Assembly: GCA_001600695.1 (NCBI GenBank)
Contig: BCKQ01000001.1
Coordinates: 1,676,005-1,740,004 of the forward strand
Direction: 5' to 3'
DNA: 64,000 nt
Source: Ascoidea asiatica JCM 7603
Lineage: Eukaryota > Fungi > Ascomycota
The stretch's first letter is position 1; each line of letters opens with the position of its first letter. Both the position numbers and the translations under genes were made by a program. Below the pieces are notes generated by a model that saw only the letters and a list, made by a program, of their open reading frames with translations, was not told where the DNA came from and did no database searches. Shown here one piece after another: positions 44,046-55,520 of the stretch.

Positions 44046-44840
44046 ATTGATAAAAATATTTTTAAAAATTTAAGATTGAAGAATTAAATAAGCTAAAAAG
44101 CAAAGTAAAGGAATGACTAGATAAATTAATTGTTTGATAGAATTAATTGAATAACAGATAAAGACTGTAATAGATATATTTGATATAATTAGATAATTAT
44201 AATTAAAAATTAACATATCAAATGATCAATAATTATAGCAAACTTCACACTCCTTTTTATATATTTTTGAAATAATTTAGTCAAGTGAAAAATTTGTTAT
44301 AATTTTTTCTCTTGAAGTTTTCTTGTTCTCTTTTCAAGCTTTTTCAAGAAAATGTTTTAAAAATCGGTTTGAAATATTTTTTATTTACCATTATTGAAAG
44401 AAAATAACATCTAAAACGACAAAACAATAATGTTTAATAGTTAAGAAACCAAAATTACTTTGAAAAAATGGTTAAATAAACGCATTCTTAGATTCACCAG
44501 GAGAACTTTGTATTTTTATTCAATTATATTTATTTGGCTGAGAGGAATTCCTTTCAAGAACAAAGGCATTTGAAGGCTTGGGAAGATCATCGATTTTCGA
44601 TAATATTTACCATACCAAAATTTGTTTTAACTGGTTTGGCTTAAAGATTGAATCCATTTCAATTTATTTCACTATGGACCTCAGGTATTTCCATAACAAA
44701 CAACTATCTTTCTCATAAACAAGCAAATTGAACAACAGAAACACTTCATTTAATCGATCTTGGTTCTTTCGTCCTTCAACGATAGATTCAAAAATTGTTT
44801 GTACCGTTTTTCAATGAAATTTGGTTTCAGATTCGGGGTT

Positions 44841-44882
44841 CGGCTAAATTAGCAAAAAGCCTTGGCCCCGGTTAATTTAGCC
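44841..44882. promoter_or_regulatory. Compact motif cluster upstream of the CBM1 gene: XlnR/AraR-like, Rim101/PacC-like and Mig1/CreA-like sites
   Basis: CGGCTAAA 44841, CTTGGC 44861, CCCCGG 44866 (reverse strand AATTAACCGGGG), CGGTTAAT 44869, TTTAGCC 44876. Confidence 0.45.
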
Positions 44883-45125
44883 TCGTATCTAAAGCCAAAA
44901 AAACTGAAGCAAAAGCACCGAAGAAATTTTTTATAGTCTTTTGTATTTTTACTTTTTACCTTGCTTGCTTGAATTTTCATTTCTAATTTAATTCAGGTAT
45001 TTTGATTATATATTAATTATTAGCTAAATATGGGTATAAAAACTATAACATAGTTGCAAAGAAGAAAAAATCATTAATAAGCATAAAATACAATGGAAAA
45101 GATTTAGATCTTTTTGCAAAAATCA

Positions 45126-48100
45126 TCAAGCAGAAATATGTTTTTGATTGAAAATCACAGGATTTATATGATCAGAAACACTTGTACGACTAGAAGATTT
45201 AAACAAATCTTCCTGACCTGTTGTATCTAGAACAGGAGATTCATCAGGTAAAAAATCTTCATTACTATCTAATGGAATATTCGACGTATTTTCAATACCA
45301 TCCGTTAATCCTGTGATATCTTCATAATCATTATCTGTCAATTGAGAATTATCAATGTAATTCAAAGTTTCAAAATTATCCATACTTGGTAAATTTCCAT
45401 CTCTGATTATACTATCGTTTGAATTTAAATTTGAAGGAATTTCATTTATATCTTCATTATCACTTTCTTCTTCTTCAATTATAAAGCTTTTACTTACTTT
45501 ATCATTGTTTGTCAATGAAAATTTCTTTCTAGATTTAGATTGCATTGGAAATAAATTTCCATATGCATTTCCTAAAGGTGATTTTCTTCTTCTTGCATAT
45601 TCACTTGATGAATGAGCTGGAGTAAAACTATTAAAGGAAGATTTTGTTCTACCTCTCGAAGTTTGATGTAAACTAGTGGAAGCTTGTATTTTTTTATTAG
45701 ATAAATTACGATGATGTCTTCCGGGCGATATTATGGATGAAGATGATGAGTTTAAATCTTTTTCTGTTTTATTTTTTGTAGAACCTATTGAATTTTTTCT
45801 AGAGGTTGTTGGCGTAACACTACCATTTTTTTTATAAAATGGATCTGGAGATGAATTTCTTGAATCATAAAATGATCCTCTATTAGATGAATGATCAGAA
45901 GTATCTGTAGAATTCGATATCATTGAAACTGTTCGTGCTTTCAAATTTACTGAAAAATCAGAAGATGCAACTCTATTAAAATTCGGGCGTGGGGTATTAG
46001 AATTTGTAGTTGCAGTATCTTGAGAATAATTTGTATTATATGAATAGCCAGATGTTTCTGAAATTTGAGAAAATGATGAATATTGAGAAATAACAGAAGC
46101 TGGACGATGTTTCATTGAGAAAGTTTTCGCTATTGGAGTTTCACCATCATTGTTATTAGATTCTGGTATTCTTTCAGTATCAGGAAATGACTTCTCTTTT
46201 ATAACTTTATCATTGAATGCTACATGACCATCATCAAGAGTTGTTTGTATACTATTTAAATTTTCTAAAGATTTTGACATTATTTCTAAATTTTTTTCAT
46301 TATCTAAATTTGGATTGGAATTTGAATTTAAGTTAGGACTTAAATTATTTGAATTTGCTGAAGATTTTTTAGATTTAACTGTACTTACATTGTTATTTTT
46401 ATTCATTATACTTAGGCCACTATCAGCTGATTTTGAAGAACTTAATCCAAGACCTAATTTTGGATTATTATGTTTTGAGATATGTAAATGAAAAATATTT
46501 CTCTCTTTACTTTTACCTAAATCATTCATACTTGATTTTTTAGAGATAAATATTCTTGGACTACTAATTAAATTTGTATTTCTTTTATTTCCATCGGAGT
46601 TTTCATTGTTATGATTATTGTTATTGCTATTAGTATTAGTAATATTATTAATGTGACTGTTGTTGTTATTACTTTTTATATTACTAATATAAGTAAAATT
46701 TTGATTATCTTTATTATTACTATTAATACTACTATTATTATTATTATTATGGTTTTCTTTATTATTACTATTTCTATTTAAGAAATTATTTTGAGGGCTA
46801 TTAGTATGGTTATGATTACCATTATTTTTTATATTATTATTATCATTATTACTATTATTATTGAAATTGTTTTTGTTATGATGATTGAAAGTTTTATCTT
46901 TTGATCTTAAAGAAGGGGATAATTTATTATACTGATAATTTTCATATTGTCTATTTGAAGAAAAAAGATGAGAAATTTTTTTCATTAAATTATTTTTTTT
47001 TGGAGAAATTGGAGTTACAAATGTCATTTCATCTATATTATTATGTCTTGTTTTATTATTGTTATTATTGTTATTATTGTTATTATTGTTTGGAGTTATT
47101 ATACTTGTATTGCTTTTGGTATTATTTAAAAGAATATTTGAATTACTTTTTTTATTATTTAATTTTGCACTTATATTACTTATTACATCAGCTTCTTTTA
47201 ATAAATGCTTTTGTTGTTGTTTAATATTATTACCGTTATTATTATTGTCATTGTTGTTATTTATATTGTTATTATTGGTGTTATTATTGATAGTATTATT
47301 ATCATTATTGTTAATATGTATTGTTAAATCTCCAGAAGATTGTTCATTAATTTTTGTTGAATTAGATAAGTTAGTAGACAATTTTGTAGATAAATCATTT
47401 GAAGAATCTTTTAATTGATCTTTAATTTTAGAAGAAACAATTTTAGTTAAAGGCAGAGTATTATCAATTAATTGAGATACTCTTCTTTGAGCAACTTCTT
47501 TTAAAACAGTACTTCTACTTGAATTACTTCTTCTTCTTTTATATTGAATTCTTTTTTTTTCTTTTTCAACTAATAATTCAAATAAACCAGATAAATTATC
47601 ACATTTTCTATTATATATACTATCTTGTAAATTATTTATATCAAAACCCATTCTTTTTAAATTTTTTAAAACATATCTTTCAGATTTTGATTGAAATTGA
47701 TTATTTAAGAAATTTTTTGAAATTTTAAAAAAATTTGAAGAAATTTCTAAATTTTGTAAACCATAAGGATATAAAAATGAATTTTTTAAAATTTCATCAA
47801 TTGAAGGTCTTTTTAATGGATTTTTATTTAAAATTGATTTAATTAAATTTATTGCTTCTATTGGTATATCATTTTTATAAATTGGATCATTATTAATAAT
47901 TTTAAAACCAGTTTTAATTTCATCATCTTCATCAAATGGATATTGACCATATAATAAAGTATATAAAATTATACCTAAAGACCAAATATCAATTTTAAAA
48001 CCAGAATAATTTTTTTTTAATAATAATTCTGGAGCCATATAAACAGTTGTACCACAAATTGTATTTAAAATTGATTTATTTGTACATTCTCTTGAAAAAC

Positions 48101-48626
48101 CAAAATCAGTTAATTTACAATTTTTTTTTTTATCTAATAAAATATTTTCTAATTTTAAATCTCTATGAGCACAATTTAAATTATGAGAATAAAGTACAGC
48201 AGAACAAATTTGACTAAAAAATTTTTTTGTTTGATCTATTGAAACTCTTTTAACAGATAATAAATAATCTAATAATTCATTTTTTGGACAATATTCTAAA
48301 ACCATATAAATTTTATTTTCAGTTATTATAACTTCATATAATTTAGTTATATTTGGATGAATTAATTGTTTATGATAAAAAACTTCTCGTACAACATTTG
48401 AATCAATTTTTGAACCAGATTTTAAAACAACTTTTGATTTTGTAAATTTATGAAAGGCTAAATAAACTTTACCAAAAGAACCTTCACCAATTTGTTTAAT
48501 AATATGATAATTACCAATATCAGATAATTTTGAAGATGTAAAATCACTATATAATTGATTATAAGAAGCAGTTATATGAGCAATATTATTTTTTTCATCA
48601 ATTTTTGATCTATTATTATTACTCAT
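45126..48626 (-). CDS. Ser/Thr protein kinase, CAMK-like (YPL150W/Ppk16-like), with long Asn/Ser-rich tail
   Basis: SYNQLYSDFTS..IGNYHIIKQIGEGSFGKVYLA, VREVFYH, HRDLKLEN, DFG, APE. Confidence 0.9.
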   Translation of the reverse strand: MSNNNRSKIDEKNNIAHITASYNQLYSDFTSSKLSDIGNYHIIKQIGEGSFGKVYLAFHKFTKSKVVLKSGSKIDSNVVREVFYHKQLIHPNITKLYEVIITENKIYMVLEYCPKNELLDYLLSVKRVSIDQTKKFFSQICSAVLYSHNLNCAHRDLKLENILLDKKKNCKLTDFGFSRECTNKSILNTICGTTVYMAPELLLKKNYSGFKIDIWSLGIILYTLLYGQYPFDEDDEIKTGFKIINNDPIYKNDIPIEAINLIKSILNKNPLKRPSIDEILKNSFLYPYGLQNLEISSNFFKISKNFLNNQFQSKSERYVLKNLKRMGFDINNLQDSIYNRKCDNLSGLFELLVEKEKKRIQYKRRRSNSSRSTVLKEVAQRRVSQLIDNTLPLTKIVSSKIKDQLKDSSNDLSTKLSTNLSNSTKINEQSSGDLTIHINNNDNNTINNNTNNNNINNNNDNNNNGNNIKQQQKHLLKEADVISNISAKLNNKKSNSNILLNNTKSNTSIITPNNNNNNNNNNNNKTRHNNIDEMTFVTPISPKKNNLMKKISHLFSSNRQYENYQYNKLSPSLRSKDKTFNHHNKNNFNNNSNNDNNNIKNNGNHNHTNSPQNNFLNRNSNNKENHNNNNNSSINSNNKDNQNFTYISNIKSNNNNSHINNITNTNSNNNNHNNENSDGNKRNTNLISSPRIFISKKSSMNDLGKSKERNIFHLHISKHNNPKLGLGLSSSKSADSGLSIMNKNNNVSTVKSKKSSANSNNLSPNLNSNSNPNLDNEKNLEIMSKSLENLNSIQTTLDDGHVAFNDKVIKEKSFPDTERIPESNNNDGETPIAKTFSMKHRPASVISQYSSFSQISETSGYSYNTNYSQDTATTNSNTPRPNFNRVASSDFSVNLKARTVSMISNSTDTSDHSSNRGSFYDSRNSSPDPFYKKNGSVTPTTSRKNSIGSTKNKTEKDLNSSSSSIISPGRHHRNLSNKKIQASTSLHQTSRGRTKSSFNSFTPAHSSSEYARRRKSPLGNAYGNLFPMQSKSRKKFSLTNNDKVSKSFIIEEEESDNEDINEIPSNLNSNDSIIRDGNLPSMDNFETLNYIDNSQLTDNDYEDITGLTDGIENTSNIPLDSNEDFLPDESPVLDTTGQEDLFKSSSRTSVSDHINPVIFNQKHISA

Positions 48627-49932
48627 TTTTTAAAGAAATGAAACGAAAAAAAAAAAAATTGGATATTTTTAAAAATTATAGGTGATTATATATTTATTTT
48701 AATAGTAGTCATAAGAAATAGTATTTTTTAATTCTAAATGGATGATTGAAATTTATTGATGAGGAAATATAATTACAGTATTGAATTGAATTGTATAAAA
48801 GATTTAGATTTTTTTAGATTTGAAAAAACCCCTTTGAAATAAAATGAAATTTAATTGGAATGATAATAATATAATTTTTTAATGAATATATTTCTTTGCT
48901 AATTGAAGGTGATTGAATTATTGATAAAGTAGTAATAGTCTTGATGAATTGGTTTTGATAAAAACTTTGGATAATAAAGGTTGTTGATAATCATGAAGTA
49001 ATAACAACAACAATAATAATAACAATAATAATAATAATAATAATATTAAAAATAATAATAACCTCCTAAGGTCAGGTAATTTAAATTACAGTGCTCAGAT
49101 ACTAATTGGTAATATCAATGGTAATATCAACGGTAATACTAATAATAATACTAATACATGGGCAGTTAACGAAGAAGCACCAGAACCGGAACACTCACCA
49201 CAGCTCTGTCAACATGCCGGTATCAAGCCCAAACCGGGCCAGGAGCGGCAGAAGCACGGTGACCTGCCTCCTCGCCGGTCACTCACTCGCTTACACTGCA
49301 ACGTATCTGCAGAGAGCAAAGCTTCCAAGGCTTGGAAGCTGGAGCCATGAGCGTGGAAATCTCAAGCACGCGTGGGTTATGTAGAAGCAGGCAGAATGTA
49401 CAGTACCCATATATTTGGTAGAGACCATATTAAAGGAACCACCAATGTTATGGGTTCGGTATTATTATGTATATTGACTTATGCATCTGTTTATACCATA
49501 TCAACGGGTTTAATTCACTTTTCAGCCAGTAAATGGCTGAGTATTTTATTTTCGTGGCAGTGTTGTATGACTCATATATTATGTAATTAATGGGTTTAAA
49601 GAGACCATTTTTCTGGTTCTGGTGTTATACGAGTGGAGATGAGAACTGGGAACCTGAATAAGATTCATTGCACTGAAAATATGTGAAAAATTTGGAGAAC
49701 ATCTTCCAGATAAGAATCTCTCATACAAAAATATACTAAAATTCACTTCCTAACTGCCAAAACTGATAAAGCATCATTAATTTTTTTTAGTTATAATCCA
49801 TTTTATTCCTAGATTGTATAAATACGAGTTTGATTTCGTTCCTTTTATTCGATTTTTTCTATTTCTATTTTCTTTTTTTTTTCTTTTTCTTTTTCTTTTT
49901 TTCTGTCTTTTGATTTTTTTTTCCTTTTTGGC

Positions 49933-51627
49933 ATGTTTACTACTTTTAGTAAAAATTTAATAAATTCAAAAAATAGTAAATTCTTCAAAATTACAAATTA
50001 TAACATAAATATAAAAATAAATACAATCTTTGCTATAAATAATATCCATATAAATAGTAATAATAACAGAAAAATGACTACTGGTCATACTTATAATGAT
50101 GCAATAAAATCATTAAATTCTTTACAATCTAATTTTGCTTATATTCAAGCCGTTAAAGCTTCAGGTATTAAAAAAAATGATAATGCAAAAATTGAAATGA
50201 TTAATTGGTTATCTCAATTAGGTTATCCTTCAAAAAATGGTGAAGTTTTAGATAAATTAAATATCATTCATATTACTGGTACTAAAGGTAAAGGTTCAAC
50301 TTGTGCTTTTACTCACTCAATATTATCTCAATATCAATTAAAATCTGAAGATAATTTAAATTTAATTAAAAAAATTGGTTTATATACTTCTCCACATTTG
50401 AAATCTGTTAGAGAAAGAATTGATATTAATGGTTCTCCAATATCCGAAGAACTTTTTACAAAATATTTTTTTCAAGTTTGGAATAAATTAAATTTATCTT
50501 ATTTATTAAATGATGATTCAAATTTAAAATCAAATTTTAATAATCCAAATTGTCCATCTAGAATTCAATTAATACCAAGTTATTTCAAATTTTTAACTTT
50601 ATTATCTTTTTATATATTCTTAAAAGAAAATGTAGATACTGCAATTTATGAAGTTGGTGTAGGTGGTGAATATGATTCAACTAATATTATTCATATTCCA
50701 ACTTGTTCTGGAATAACAAAATTGGGTATAGATCATACAAATATCTTAGGTAATACTTTATCTGAAATTGCTTGGAATAAAGCTGGAATATTTAAAGAAA
50801 ATTCTTCCGCTTTTACTATCTGTGATCAACCAAAAGAAGGTTTAGATATGTTAATTAAAAGATCAAAAGAAAAAAACTTATCTTTAAATATTGTTCCAAT
50901 TCATCCTTTATTAATAAATTCGGAAAAAAAAACTGGTTTAAAATTAGGTTTAGCTGGTGATTTTCAAAAATGTAATGCTTCCTTAGCAATTGCTTTATCA
51001 ACTCAACATTTAAAAAAAATTGGTTTAAAAAATATTAATACTGAAAATGATTTACCAATTCAATTTAAATTAGGTCTTCAAAATGTTAATTGGCAAGGTA
51101 GATGTCAAACTTTATTTGATAAACATTTTAAAAATTTAACTTGGTATTTAGATGGTGCTCATACAAAAGATTCAATAATAGCTTCCGCAAATTGGTTTAA
51201 ACAAATTTTATTTCAAAATAATAATAAAAAAGAAAAAATTAGAGTATTAATATTTAATCAACAAAAAAGAGATGCTTCAATTTTAATTAAATATTTATAT
51301 GATATAATTTATCCAGATTTTAAATTTAATTATACTTGTTTTACAACTAATGTAACTTGGTCTTCTGGAATTTATTCAATAGATTTAATTTCAATAAATA
51401 CTGATAAAAATGCTGTTGATAATTTATCTGTACAAAAATCAACTTTAGAATCTTGGAAAATTTTAGATCAAAATTCAATTAATAATATTTTTCATGATAT
51501 TGAATCTTCAATAAAATTTATAGAAAATTTAGCAAAATCTAATCCTGATAAAGAAATTGAAGTTTATGTTAATGGTTCTTTACATTTAGTTGGTGGATTT
51601 TTAACTGTTTATGATAGTGAAAAGTAG
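49933..51627 (+). CDS. MET7: Folylpolyglutamate synthase
   Basis: HITGTKGKGST, YTSPHL, EVGVGGEYDSTN, LDGAHT, GSLHLVGG; basic presequence before second ATG at 50074. Confidence 0.95.
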   Translation: MFTTFSKNLINSKNSKFFKITNYNINIKINTIFAINNIHINSNNNRKMTTGHTYNDAIKSLNSLQSNFAYIQAVKASGIKKNDNAKIEMINWLSQLGYPSKNGEVLDKLNIIHITGTKGKGSTCAFTHSILSQYQLKSEDNLNLIKKIGLYTSPHLKSVRERIDINGSPISEELFTKYFFQVWNKLNLSYLLNDDSNLKSNFNNPNCPSRIQLIPSYFKFLTLLSFYIFLKENVDTAIYEVGVGGEYDSTNIIHIPTCSGITKLGIDHTNILGNTLSEIAWNKAGIFKENSSAFTICDQPKEGLDMLIKRSKEKNLSLNIVPIHPLLINSEKKTGLKLGLAGDFQKCNASLAIALSTQHLKKIGLKNINTENDLPIQFKLGLQNVNWQGRCQTLFDKHFKNLTWYLDGAHTKDSIIASANWFKQILFQNNNKKEKIRVLIFNQQKRDASILIKYLYDIIYPDFKFNYTCFTTNVTWSSGIYSIDLISINTDKNAVDNLSVQKSTLESWKILDQNSINNIFHDIESSIKFIENLAKSNPDKEIEVYVNGSLHLVGGFLTVYDSEK

Positions 51628-51926
51628 TATGTTAACATACAAACAACTAATCTTTAATTTTTCCCTTTTTTTTCTTATTGTTTTATTATCATTGTTTTTC
51701 TTTTCTTTTATCTCTCTTTTTATCATTTTTCAACAAATTATTATAGACTTTAACTTATAGATACTTCAACTGTTTTTATAATCACTACAAAAAAAAAACA
51801 GTCATATTAAATATTCAACTTTTATAATTTTTTTATTAAAATTTTCAAATTTTTTTGAAATTCCTTGTATATTAAATGCATAAATATAAATATAATTATA
51901 ATTATAAATAAATGTAATTCAGTTAG

Positions 51927-54900
51927 TCAATCTAGTATTTTACCTCTCTTAGGTTTCAATCTAGCTGCCTTAAATCTACTAACTTTTATAGTATTACCAC
52001 TTTCATCAATTGGTTCAAACTCTTGTTCTTCTGCATCTTTTTTATATCCACCATTCATACTAATGAATTTATTTTTCAATTTATGATAATTTATTAAAAC
52101 TTCTTCATTTATAACATCTTCATCAAGTAATTCATCTTCTATATCTGTTTCTGTAAAGTCATTTGATGAATGTTCAACAATTTCATCTACCAAAATTTTC
52201 CTATTTCCATCATCTTCACTTTCTTCTTTATCTTCTATATCTTCTTCATCGTCTTTATTATTATCTTTATACATTTGATTATTTTCATTGTCATTATCAG
52301 CTAGTTCATCTGGAAGCATTTTTTCTAACTCGTTAACTTGTTCGTTATATTTTTGAAAATCATCAACTGTTTCAATAATAGTATGTGAAAGAGTACTTTG
52401 ATCTTCAATATCATCATCATATAATCCCATAATATATGCTTGTGCCATGGTATTCATATCATCTTGCATCAGGTGAAAATCTACTTTTTTTTTCTCAATT
52501 TTTACATTTGTTGATGTTTTTATAGAATCAGCACTGATAGATTTTTTATTTTTTATTTCAGTAATTTTAGGTGTTTTTTTGATTTCAGCTTGCTTTTTCG
52601 AAGATTCACTTGAAAATGATTCATTTATTTGATTTATAGAATTTATATCTGAAGGAGTATTAATGATATTTTTCTTCAAGCTTTTCTTTTTCTTTTTTGG
52701 AATAGATTTGTTTAAAGAGGAATATTTTTTATCCAATTTGGATTGATTTTTTTCCTCTTCAGTATTTTCTTCACTTACAGTGTGAGAATTGAGATTGAGA
52801 TTCGTTTGCAAAATAGAACTAGAATTTTGGGAAGGTGATGATTTATTCTCAATACCCTTCTGCTCATTCTGAAGCTTGTCTTTAGTTACCAATTTTTTCT
52901 CCTTCTTTTTAGTTCTTCGGGTTGGTATAAATAAACTTTGGTATTTCTTATCTAATTTCGAATTTTTAGATGGTATAGACTTTGAATTTTTTAAAGGGGA
53001 AGCAATGATATCCAATGAAGTTTGAGTTGAATTTATAGAATATTCTGAAGTTGGAAAAGCTTTTCTAAGATCCGAAGTGAACTTTGATTCTTTTTTATGC
53101 GATTCGGTTCTCTCCTTTTTAAATCTACTAACTTTCTTTTTATTAAATTTAGATATTTTTATGGAATTTGCATCATCAGATTGAATAATTTGTTTTTCAA
53201 CAACATCCTGAGAAACAACAGAATGAAAATCATATTTCTCATCAACATTGGAATCGTTGATTTTGTTGATATTCAAATTTGTTATATTGCCAGATATTGA
53301 ATTTACATCACTAATGTCACTATATTCCATTACTTCTTCTTCATTTTCTTCTTTGATGACATCTTCATTGGAAAAGTTTGTAGAAAAAGAATGATTTGGA
53401 GATATTGGTGATGTGGGAGAAGATGGAAAAACTGCATTGGAAATAGACGGATTTGATCGGCTTTGCATGAATCGGGATTTTTTATGGTTATTTATGTTAA
53501 TGATATCACTTTCTTTTATCATGCTAGAAATATTCTCGATTTCTTTTACATGAAGTTCGAAGGCAAAGGAGACTGATTTCTTTTTCTTTTCTTTTGGTTT
53601 TGCATTCATTTTTAGATTGGACTTTTTGTTTATTTTTTTATCCGATTCCTTACTAAAATTTTTATTTATATCAGATTGGTTCTTTTCTGAAGCTTTATCA
53701 TACAAGCCTGGTCCTGTAGATTTTTCATTAAGGGAAGTTAAATAAGAATCCTCTGGCAAAATAATTTCTGATTGAAAGCCATTTTGCTGAAGTCCAAAAC
53801 CTGAAGTATCTTTCATGATATTATGTATTGAGGTCATATTCTGTATTGAGTTCTTTTTATGCTCTTTGTTTACTTGATTCTTTTCAATTATATCAGAAAC
53901 GACAGTAGTATCATTTTTTTCCGTATTCACTTCGATCATATTTTCTGTAGTTTCTTTAGAATTTTCAGATGGGAAATTTTTTTCTTCGTTGATAGATTGG
54001 AAAGCCAATTGTGTGTTTTTTGAATTTTTCATCCTAATTTTCATTATTTCATCCCAGAACTTATTTGATACTTTTCCTGGAACAGCGGAAATGGAAGTTG
54101 AATCAGAATCATCATCTGATGAGAAATCAAAATCATCCTCATTATAATCATTATCGTCATCATCAGTGACTTCGCCTGCAATCATTTCCAAAGCAAGGAG
54201 ATCGTCACTTGAAATAGCAGGCTGATCAGGTTTCCAATCAGATGGAAGTCTTTTAGAAGTATCAATTACAGAAGCTATCTCTTTTGCAGAATCTTCTAAA
54301 GAAGTAGTATTTTCATTATCTGACGCTTTCTGTATATATATTCTTTTTACAGGTTTTGAAGACTTTCCATTATTACTTTTATCAGATATGTGGTTAATAG
54401 GTGGGTTTGATGAATTCTCGTGATCAGTTATATACATATCTTCTAGTAATTCATGGATTTCAGTTTTTTCATTAGATTTCGATTCGCTTTTTAGACTTTT
54501 AATTGATTCATTTTCTTGTAATTTTTCTTGTAAGTTTTCCTTTTTCGGTATATTTTCAGATACTTTTTCTTCTGTTTCCTCCGGTGATATATTGGAACTG
54601 ATAATATTGTCATTCTCATCTAAATGCTCAATGATATTCATTATTTGATTTTCATTGTTTATATTTTCTTCAACTGATTTACTACTTTCATTAACTTGTT
54701 TCAAAGCTGCTTGAGTTGATACCTTTTTCGAAAGATCTTTTTTTTCTTTCTTAATATTACTATTGGATGTTTCTTTATTTTCTTTATCTTCATTACTTTC
54801 TTCAAACACTTCAATTTCTTCAATTTTTTTTATATTATTTTTTGAGACCATCTCATTTTCTAAATTATTTAATTTATTAGTAATTGTTTTCAAATCTGAA

Positions 54901-55520
54901 CTTTCTTCAACATTTTCATTAATATATTTTGAAATTGGTTTGAATTGGGAAGAGTTGTGAGGTAAAACAGTAGAGTTGATAATATTATCATCCTCATCTA
55001 ATTCTTCTCTTATTTCCATGAACGATAAGCCTTCTTCATTTTTGAAATTAGTTTTTTCAGAATTTTCAATTGTGATTTTTTCTTGGTCTTCTTCTATCTT
55101 TAAAATTTGAATGTTATGTAATAATTCCGAAGACTCTTTTATTTTTCCAGTTAATATATCTACAGAATCTTTTGTAGTCTTTATTTTATCATTTATCACA
55201 TCTATTGTCTCATCTTTTGATTTTAGAAGAAAATAATTCTGGCCTAAATTTTGATAAATGTTATTTAAATTTTCTTTTGATATTGTGCTTTTAACAAATA
55301 ATCTATTATTTATTTTGACATCATTGATAAAAGGTTTTTTTGAAGATGAATTCAATAACTTATTTTTCAATTGCTTCAAATCGTGTTCGTATGACTTTAG
55401 TTTTTCTAGTTTCAAATCAAAATTGGATATAGTTGACTTTAATTTAGATTCAATATCTTCGAACGATTCTAGCTTTTCATTTTTTTGATTAATTTCTGTA
55501 TGAGAATATATATCACTCAT
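51927..55520 (-). CDS. BUD27: URI-type prefoldin-like protein
   Basis: N-terminal prefoldin-like coiled coil (IYQNLGQNYFL), MEIREELDEDDNII, C-terminal KVSRFKAARL. Confidence 0.85.
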   Translation of the reverse strand: MSDIYSHTEINQKNEKLESFEDIESKLKSTISNFDLKLEKLKSYEHDLKQLKNKLLNSSSKKPFINDVKINNRLFVKSTISKENLNNIYQNLGQNYFLLKSKDETIDVINDKIKTTKDSVDILTGKIKESSELLHNIQILKIEEDQEKITIENSEKTNFKNEEGLSFMEIREELDEDDNIINSTVLPHNSSQFKPISKYINENVEESSDLKTITNKLNNLENEMVSKNNIKKIEEIEVFEESNEDKENKETSNSNIKKEKKDLSKKVSTQAALKQVNESSKSVEENINNENQIMNIIEHLDENDNIISSNISPEETEEKVSENIPKKENLQEKLQENESIKSLKSESKSNEKTEIHELLEDMYITDHENSSNPPINHISDKSNNGKSSKPVKRIYIQKASDNENTTSLEDSAKEIASVIDTSKRLPSDWKPDQPAISSDDLLALEMIAGEVTDDDDNDYNEDDFDFSSDDDSDSTSISAVPGKVSNKFWDEIMKIRMKNSKNTQLAFQSINEEKNFPSENSKETTENMIEVNTEKNDTTVVSDIIEKNQVNKEHKKNSIQNMTSIHNIMKDTSGFGLQQNGFQSEIILPEDSYLTSLNEKSTGPGLYDKASEKNQSDINKNFSKESDKKINKKSNLKMNAKPKEKKKKSVSFAFELHVKEIENISSMIKESDIININNHKKSRFMQSRSNPSISNAVFPSSPTSPISPNHSFSTNFSNEDVIKEENEEEVMEYSDISDVNSISGNITNLNINKINDSNVDEKYDFHSVVSQDVVEKQIIQSDDANSIKISKFNKKKVSRFKKERTESHKKESKFTSDLRKAFPTSEYSINSTQTSLDIIASPLKNSKSIPSKNSKLDKKYQSLFIPTRRTKKKEKKLVTKDKLQNEQKGIENKSSPSQNSSSILQTNLNLNSHTVSEENTEEEKNQSKLDKKYSSLNKSIPKKKKKSLKKNIINTPSDINSINQINESFSSESSKKQAEIKKTPKITEIKNKKSISADSIKTSTNVKIEKKKVDFHLMQDDMNTMAQAYIMGLYDDDIEDQSTLSHTIIETVDDFQKYNEQVNELEKMLPDELADNDNENNQMYKDNNKDDEEDIEDKEESEDDGNRKILVDEIVEHSSNDFTETDIEDELLDEDVINEEVLINYHKLKNKFISMNGGYKKDAEEQEFEPIDESGNTIKVSRFKAARLKPKRGKILD

